Source: Oscillospiraceae bacterium
GTDB taxonomy: Bacteria > Bacillota > Clostridia > UBA1212
Direction: 5' to 3'
Length of the DNA stretch: 64,000 nt
Assembly: GCA_015069195.1 (NCBI GenBank)
Contig: SVJA01000001.1
Span: 14,148-78,147, forward strand
Shown here: positions 58,497 through 64,000 of the stretch, in pieces
Position numbering within the stretch: the stretch's first letter is position 1
How the letters are laid out: each line of letters opens with the position of its first letter
The notes under the pieces: generated by a model
The model's input: the letters and a program-made list of their open reading frames with translations, nothing else
The model's database searches: none
Told to the model about the DNA's origin: nothing
Program-made: the position numbers and the translations under genes

Positions 58497-59933
58497 TTAC
58501 TTTGATTCCTCAGTATGAAGCTCCCAATCTGTTATGTACCAGACATCACCCTTCTTCACATAGTAGAATGTAACGTCAGTAGGATAACTTTCGGTGGCAT
58601 CCGGCTTACCGGCGAAACCTTTTATCCAATATACGAAACTTACGCGGCAAGAAATTGTATCCTTATCGTAGAATGAAATATCCTTTACCTTTATGTCCTC
58701 GTACCAAAACGAATTGTGATCAGCAAGTACCGACCAGAAACTGTCGAATGTTTCATAGATAGCAGAATCTTTCATCACATACGGCATTATTGTACCCCAA
58801 CGGTCATTGTCATTCGCTACAAATTCCGCATAGTATTTAGCGTATCTTGTCAAACGGTCTTCAGTTAAACCGTATTCTGAAAGCAATTTGTCCCGATCTG
58901 CTTTTTCTAACATACAGTTATAGACTCTGTAATATCCGTTCTCAGTATCGTAATACACCGGAGTCTGGAGACCTTCGTAATTCGTCGAAACAATGTTTAC
59001 GTTATTTGTATCTACGCCTGTAACGGTATATTTCACAAGATTAATGTTCTTCGACATATACTTTTTAGCCACGGACAACTCTTTGAATTCAACAATCTTT
59101 TCAGAAACAAATTTGTCCTGGCCGGTAATATCAATACCGTTTACACTTACTTTGAAATTATCCGGCGCAATGATATGTACAAGATCCTGTATCGTGCAAA
59201 ATGCCTTTATTTCGTTGTTATATGTGACAGACAACGAATTTCCTGCCGCATCGAGTACCATCAGATTCGGCTCATTAAGCAATCCTTTTACGGAATACTT
59301 TGTATAAGTCACTTTCGAAGCTTCGGTGTTTGTGTCACCGTAAAGATTTGCAGATGCATCATAAATTTGTTTTATATTCTTTTCCGCAATCCAATTTTCG
59401 CCTACTGTGACACCGTTTAAAGTCGCAATGGAATTGTCTGGCACTATGAAATTTATCTCATAGTCACCTTTTATACGTGAGTACACATGGTCAAAATCAT
59501 ACACAGCAAAACCGAATGTACTTTTGTTTTTCTTGAGCTTATATGCTACATCCGCAATAGCTTCGCCGTCGGCTTTTATCGTATATATCGGTCTTGAATA
59601 TCGGTCCGATGAAAAACCTTTTTCGCAGGTTATAACACTGCCGGCTATTTTATCATTTATAATCTCTGAGTACTTTTCATTTTCAAATACACTTGCAGCA
59701 TTCAAATCATCATTGCAAATAAGTCCGTATGAGCCTTGAGTTAGGGTTTTAGCGTAGTTATTTGCATTCATACGAGGGAAACTCTGTGTCTCGTGATAAT
59801 CCATCATCAAGCCGTATCCGACTGCGAGTAAACCGGTAAGAAGTACGAATAATACACCAAACACGATTAAATATACTTTCCAGAAAGTAGTTAATTTTTT
59901 CTTAGATGCCATATCACTCAGCTCCTTCCACAC
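58497..59933 (-). CDS. Membrane-anchored extracytoplasmic protein of unknown function (478 aa)
   Basis: N-terminal signal-anchor TM (VYLIVFGVLFVLLTGLLAVGYGLM), then a large Tyr/Asn-rich extracellular region. Overlaps the upstream gene by 20 nt. Confidence 0.55.
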   Translation of the reverse strand: MWKELSDMASKKKLTTFWKVYLIVFGVLFVLLTGLLAVGYGLMMDYHETQSFPRMNANNYAKTLTQGSYGLICNDDLNAASVFENEKYSEIINDKIAGSVITCEKGFSSDRYSRPIYTIKADGEAIADVAYKLKKNKSTFGFAVYDFDHVYSRIKGDYEINFIVPDNSIATLNGVTVGENWIAEKNIKQIYDASANLYGDTNTEASKVTYTKYSVKGLLNEPNLMVLDAAGNSLSVTYNNEIKAFCTIQDLVHIIAPDNFKVSVNGIDITGQDKFVSEKIVEFKELSVAKKYMSKNINLVKYTVTGVDTNNVNIVSTNYEGLQTPVYYDTENGYYRVYNCMLEKADRDKLLSEYGLTEDRLTRYAKYYAEFVANDNDRWGTIMPYVMKDSAIYETFDSFWSVLADHNSFWYEDIKVKDISFYDKDTISCRVSFVYWIKGFAGKPDATESYPTDVTFYYVKKGDVWYITDWELHTEESK

Positions 59934-61227
59934 GGCTTACAAGCCAGCTTGTAGCAACATTTCTCGGTTCGTAAAGTAAATACGGTTCAGTTATTATTTT
60001 ATTTTCGTAAACCATATATGATGACATACCGCCGTCAAGGTTCGCGGCATTTATCGCTCCGTAATTTACCATAATTTCAATGAGATCATCATATGATGCA
60101 CCAAGGCTGTTTGACTGGCGTCCGTCTATTACAAGAAGCAATATAGCGCCGTCTTTGCGCTGACCGATAGCAGAACGCGGATGGAAACCTACATTTGAAC
60201 CATTTGCCTGCACAACACAAGGTTCACCGTTTTTAACAAGTATCGGTCCCCAATTCACTGCGTCGCGAATACCCTTATCAAGAGCTTCTTTCGCAGTCAT
60301 ATTATCAACGTGTAATATACCGTTCTTATCAAGACCTATTATCTCGTATGTGGTATTCGGACTTCCGTACTTAAGCTCTCCGCCTGCAATAACTACGCCG
60401 GACTCATCTCTGCCGAGAGGAATGCCGCCGGTTTTGTTGCTCGCCTTGTCCTCGTAACCGCCTCCGTTTATGGCCGCGATAGAATTATTTTTTTCTGCCA
60501 TATAAAGAGTTGTATAACCTACACAATTTTCACCGTACGCGGCAGCCGTACCGACTGTCACACGTGACGGATCGTTTACTATCATAAGCTTTCCTTTGTA
60601 GGTTTTGCCCTGTATATCTATAATCTCAAGGGCATTTATATCAAACTTACTCTCGCCTTTTTCGTCTTCGCTCTCAGTATTTCCACCTATCTGTATAAGA
60701 GAAGTATCCGTATCACCCTCGGGAACTTTTATATCATTGGCCTTCATTATAGCATCAACTTCTTCGTCTGAAAGGAATATGTATGCAAGAAAGTCCATCT
60801 GACCGGTCTGCACCATATTTGTTACGAACATATCACGAACAATATCAGACGGTCCGCGACAAATAATACCTATTGCCGCAAGAAGTGTGACCAAAATCAT
60901 AACAAGGGCCGTAACGGTACATATAACCACTCGTATCGCGATTTTACCGGGAGTGAGTTTTTTCTTCTCGCTTTTAGCCGTTGCGATTTCACTCACCTTT
61001 GTATAATGTCTCTCCGATGTGTAAACAGGGTCACCGTTGCGTTCCATTTTAGCTCTTCTTTTTGCAAGAAATCTTACAATATCCTCGTCATCCGGCTCGG
61101 TTTCCGGAACAATTTCAGCATTAACAGCAATTTCTGAATTTTCGCACGCATCCGTATCTTCCGGAACGTTTTCCGTAACCATATCAATTTCTTCGTCAAA
61201 ATCATCAAAAAGACTTGTTCTATCCAT
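59914..61227 (-). CDS. Phosphodiester glycosidase family protein (DUF2233 / NAGPA uncovering-enzyme-like), membrane-anchored
   Basis: TM anchor, then AAINGGGYEDK...GGELKYG...RSAIGQRKDGAILLLVIDGRQ...NLDGGMSS motifs typical of the family. Confidence 0.65.
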   Translation of the reverse strand: MDRTSLFDDFDEEIDMVTENVPEDTDACENSEIAVNAEIVPETEPDDEDIVRFLAKRRAKMERNGDPVYTSERHYTKVSEIATAKSEKKKLTPGKIAIRVVICTVTALVMILVTLLAAIGIICRGPSDIVRDMFVTNMVQTGQMDFLAYIFLSDEEVDAIMKANDIKVPEGDTDTSLIQIGGNTESEDEKGESKFDINALEIIDIQGKTYKGKLMIVNDPSRVTVGTAAAYGENCVGYTTLYMAEKNNSIAAINGGGYEDKASNKTGGIPLGRDESGVVIAGGELKYGSPNTTYEIIGLDKNGILHVDNMTAKEALDKGIRDAVNWGPILVKNGEPCVVQANGSNVGFHPRSAIGQRKDGAILLLVIDGRQSNSLGASYDDLIEIMVNYGAINAANLDGGMSSYMVYENKIITEPYLLYEPRNVATSWLVSRVEGAE

Positions 61228-61235
61228 TTTAATCC

Positions 61236-62027
61236 TTAATCCCCAATTTCGTATCTTATAGCTGCAACCGTTGCCATTCCGGCAGTTTCTGTTCTCAATA
61301 TTCTTTTACCTAAAGTAACAGTAGTAAAACCCTTGGATACCGCATATTCGGTTTCCTTTTTTGAAAATCCTCCCTCAGGTCCGATAAATACGCAAATTCT
61401 CTTTATTGAACCGCCCTCATTCAAGAAATCTTTATTTTCATAAAGAACCGTTTTCAGTGTTCTGTCGGTTTCATTTTCGTAAGGCATTATGTAAAGAGTG
61501 GTCGATGTATCATCATCCGATGTTATTCGATCAATAACATTTTTATAACTATCAGGCATTCCTACAATAGGAACTACGCCTCTTCCGCACTGCTTGGCAG
61601 CCTCTTCTGAAATCCTTTGCCACCTGATTTGTTTCTTTTCGGCATCTTTTGCATTTGCAAACTTTACAACGGTGTGCTCAGTAAGAACCGGTATGATTTC
61701 ATTCAAACCCAATTCAACATTTTTCTGAATTATAAAATCCATTTTTTCGCCTTTAGCTATACCTTGGCAAAGCACAATAGCAATGCGCGGCTCGCTGCCG
61801 CAGCGAGCCGCACTTATAACTGATGTCGTTATAAAATCATTGCAGATATCAGATATACTGCATACATACTCATTCCCGCAGCTGTCACACAGTGTAACCG
61901 TGTCACCTACGCTCATTCTGAGTACATCTTTTATGTGTCGCACATCCGTACCTTTTATCAGTACGTTTTTTGCGCATCCGGCATCATCGTATTCTATATG
62001 ATCTGATGATACAAAGAATCGTGCCAT
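61236..62027 (-). CDS. rsmE: 16S rRNA (uracil1498-N3)-methyltransferase
   Basis: MARFFV N-terminus, a PUA-like N-domain and an SPOUT C-domain (ICVFIGPEGGFSKKE). Confidence 0.85.
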   Translation of the reverse strand: MARFFVSSDHIEYDDAGCAKNVLIKGTDVRHIKDVLRMSVGDTVTLCDSCGNEYVCSISDICNDFITTSVISAARCGSEPRIAIVLCQGIAKGEKMDFIIQKNVELGLNEIIPVLTEHTVVKFANAKDAEKKQIRWQRISEEAAKQCGRGVVPIVGMPDSYKNVIDRITSDDDTSTTLYIMPYENETDRTLKTVLYENKDFLNEGGSIKRICVFIGPEGGFSKKETEYAVSKGFTTVTLGKRILRTETAGMATVAAIRYEIGD

Positions 62028-62033
62028 ATTTTA

Positions 62034-62615
62034 TTATTTGAACTGCTTTCTGCAAGCCTGAATCTCGCTTACATATTCCATAAGTGTATGTTCAACATCA
62101 CCGAGCATATCGTCAACATAGCTTCTTGCACCCATCTTAGCGTCATAAGCCTGACGTTTTGCATCGTCAACAGTCTCTCTTGCCTGTTCTGTAGCAAGCT
62201 GTGTGATCTGGTGAGCAGCTACCATCTCTGCGCTTCTCTTTTCAGCATCTTTTATGATAGCGTCAGCCTCAGCCTCTGCGCGTGCAACAAGGCTGTCAGC
62301 CTTATCCTGTGCAGTTTTCATCTGTCTGTCAGCATCAGTCTGTGCAGACTTTACAATCTCGTCAGCTTCTGCGTCTGCTTCCTCTATACAACGCTGTGCC
62401 TCATCCTTAGCATTGTTTACAATGGTTTTTGCCTCTGCCGTGATGGAACGAGCTCTTTTTATCTCATCCGGCAATGCTTCCATGAGGTCATTTATAATTC
62501 CGAGAACCTCTGCCTTGTCAATAGAGCATCTATTTCCGATAAGAGACTGCTTTGCGTCTTTTATAATCTGCTCCAACTCTTCGAGAAGTTCCAAATATTC
62601 AACATCGTTTCTCAT
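62034..62615 (-). CDS. Ala/Glu/Asp-rich coiled-coil protein of unknown function
   Basis: Heptad-like repeats (AEAKTIVNNAKDEAQRCIEEADAEADEIVKSAQTDADRQMKTAQDKADSLVARAEAEADAII). No enzymatic motif. Confidence 0.5.
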   Translation of the reverse strand: MRNDVEYLELLEELEQIIKDAKQSLIGNRCSIDKAEVLGIINDLMEALPDEIKRARSITAEAKTIVNNAKDEAQRCIEEADAEADEIVKSAQTDADRQMKTAQDKADSLVARAEAEADAIIKDAEKRSAEMVAAHQITQLATEQARETVDDAKRQAYDAKMGARSYVDDMLGDVEHTLMEYVSEIQACRKQFK

Positions 62616-62671
62616 AAAAATTTCTTCCTTCCGCTTTTATATTTTAATTATCAGTATCTATATAATAAAAG

Positions 62672-63160
62672 TCATTCAGACATTTTATTTCGTATATCTT
62701 CGACGATAACCTCAGGCACAAGTCCTAAAATGCTTCCGCCGTTTTTAGCCACATCCTTTATGATACTCGAACTTAAGAATGAGTTCTTTATATCTGTCAT
62801 AAAGAATATCGTGTCTATGTCTTCGCACATATGTTTGTTAAGCATAGCCATCTGAAGCTCATATTCATAATCGGATACGGCTCTGAGACCTCTCACAATA
62901 GTAGATGCTCCGCTGTTTTTTACGAAATCCACGAGCAATCCCTCAAACATTATAACTTCCACATTGTGAAGTTCCGGATCCACTGACAGCGTTTTGTTTA
63001 TCAACGCTACACGTTCCTCCATAGTGAATATGGAATTTTTTGCACTGTTACGAAGAACTCCGACTATCAGTTTGTCAAACAACTTCGATGCTCTTTTTAT
63101 AATATCAAGATGTCCGTTTGTCAGTGGGTCAAAGCTGCCCGGATAAACGCCTATCCTCAT
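62672..63160 (-). CDS. coaD: Phosphopantetheine adenylyltransferase
   Basis: MRIGVYPGSFDPLTNGHLDII motif. ORF-track N-terminal extension trimmed. Confidence 0.85.
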   Translation of the reverse strand: MRIGVYPGSFDPLTNGHLDIIKRASKLFDKLIVGVLRNSAKNSIFTMEERVALINKTLSVDPELHNVEVIMFEGLLVDFVKNSGASTIVRGLRAVSDYEYELQMAMLNKHMCEDIDTIFFMTDIKNSFLSSSIIKDVAKNGGSILGLVPEVIVEDIRNKMSE

Positions 63161-63182
63161 ATTCTCTTCTTTCAACCGACAA

Positions 63183-63791
63183 TCACTCCTTGTCTTGATT
63201 GTACTCAAATACCGAAACGAACACCGTGCCGTATTTTTTACACTTTGACCGTTCGAATCTGCCGTAACAGTCTTTTATGTCTTCCCCAGCCGAATGTTCC
63301 GCAACCACAACACAACCGCCGCGATTTCCGTCATCATCAGGTATTCCGCAAATATCCGCCTTATCCAAAAGCAACAATGTATCGCCTATGAAACCCTTAT
63401 TATAAGGCGGGTCAAGCAATACAAGATCAAAATATTTGCCGTCTCTTTTCATTAGCGAGATAAGCTCTGAAAAATCCTTGTTGTAAACATCGGCTCGGCT
63501 TTCAAATCCCGTGTGTGAAACATTATCTTTTATAACAGAGCAACAATTCTTACTCTTGTCGTTCAGAACCGCATGTCCGGCACCTCTGCTGAGAGCCTCT
63601 ATACCGAGGCTTCCGTTGCCGGAAAACACATCAAGCACGCTTTCGCAAGGGAACCATCTGTATATCATACTGAACATGGCTTCTTTTACTCTGTCGAGAG
63701 TAGGTTTCGTACTGTCTGAATCAATAGTTTTCAGTTTCATACCACCGGCAGTACCGGATACAACTCTAACCAAACAAAACTTCCCCCTCAT
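63183..63791 (-). CDS. rsmD: 16S rRNA (guanine966-N2)-methyltransferase
   Basis: VLDVFSGNGSLGIEALSRGA SAM-binding motif, DPPY motif, and KPTLDRVKEAMF. Confidence 0.85.
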   Translation of the reverse strand: MRGKFCLVRVVSGTAGGMKLKTIDSDSTKPTLDRVKEAMFSMIYRWFPCESVLDVFSGNGSLGIEALSRGAGHAVLNDKSKNCCSVIKDNVSHTGFESRADVYNKDFSELISLMKRDGKYFDLVLLDPPYNKGFIGDTLLLLDKADICGIPDDDGNRGGCVVVAEHSAGEDIKDCYGRFERSKCKKYGTVFVSVFEYNQDKE

Positions 63792-63831
63792 TTGTTATAA
63801 TACTAATATAACAAGTCTTTGTCAATCAAAC

Positions 63832-64000
63832 TTAAATAACACTTGTAAGTTTTTTGGATAATTTTATAGTTTCTTCTCTTGCAGCTTCCGCATAAGTCTC
63901 TTCGTTGTACTCATCAGAGTAGTCAGAGCCTTCAAAAGCATGCATAACTCTCTTTGAAACACATATCAGCGCACCCTGTCCGTCGTCGGAATTGAAGTAC
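63832..64000 (-). CDS. 3' end of an unidentified gene (partial; start beyond window end)
   Basis: Minus-strand frame open from position 64000 to a TAA at 63832-63834 (...MHAFEGSDYSDEYNEETYAEAAREETIKLSKKLTSVI*). Not in the ORF track. Confidence 0.35.
   Translation of the reverse strand, partial: YFNSDDGQGALICVSKRVMHAFEGSDYSDEYNEETYAEAAREETIKLSKKLTSVI

Noticed and set aside
62088-62855. 255-aa and 151-aa plus-strand ORFs
   Set aside because: Antisense to the coiled-coil protein and coaD; Cys/Leu/Ser-rich noise from A/E codon complements.

Overview
This 64 kb window is a chromosomal segment from a low-GC Firmicute of class Clostridia. A dockerin-bearing enzyme, the dense coding and the gene repertoire suggest a Ruminococcus-like organism; this is a guess from sequence only. 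Most of it is conserved housekeeping: the rimP-nusA-ylxR-infB-rbfA-nrnA-truB-ribF operon, a four-subunit 2-oxoacid:ferredoxin oxidoreductase, trmK-nif3, recO-era, mutS2, pfkA, addB, lgt, an FtsW/RodA-type protein, coaX, coaD and rsmD/rsmE. Embedded in that are several accessory items. First, a SCIFF ribosomal peptide precursor (49 aa, absent from the ORF track) lies with its radical-SAM/SPASM maturase. Second, a collagen-like gene (Gly-Pro-Thr repeats, Cys-rich N-terminus, BclA/C1q-like C-terminal domain) is followed by a tightly packed operon of glycosyltransferases, an acetyltransferase, a metallophosphoesterase, an orphan ClpP and an embedded FecBCD-type ABC importer. Third, there are two tandem paralogous lipoproteins with acidic Pro/Glu repeats, and a dockerin-carrying 859-aa putative glycoside hydrolase. 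Fourth, a 600-bp non-coding gap holds a 28-aa hydrophobic mini-ORF bracketed by about 27-bp inverted repeats. There is also an orphan ParA-like ATPase behind a perfect 16-bp palindrome, next to an operon of extracytoplasmic proteins of unknown function, a tRNA-Pro(GGG) with a neighbouring orphan gene, and partial genes at both window edges. No CRISPR array, integrase, transposase or phage structural gene was seen.
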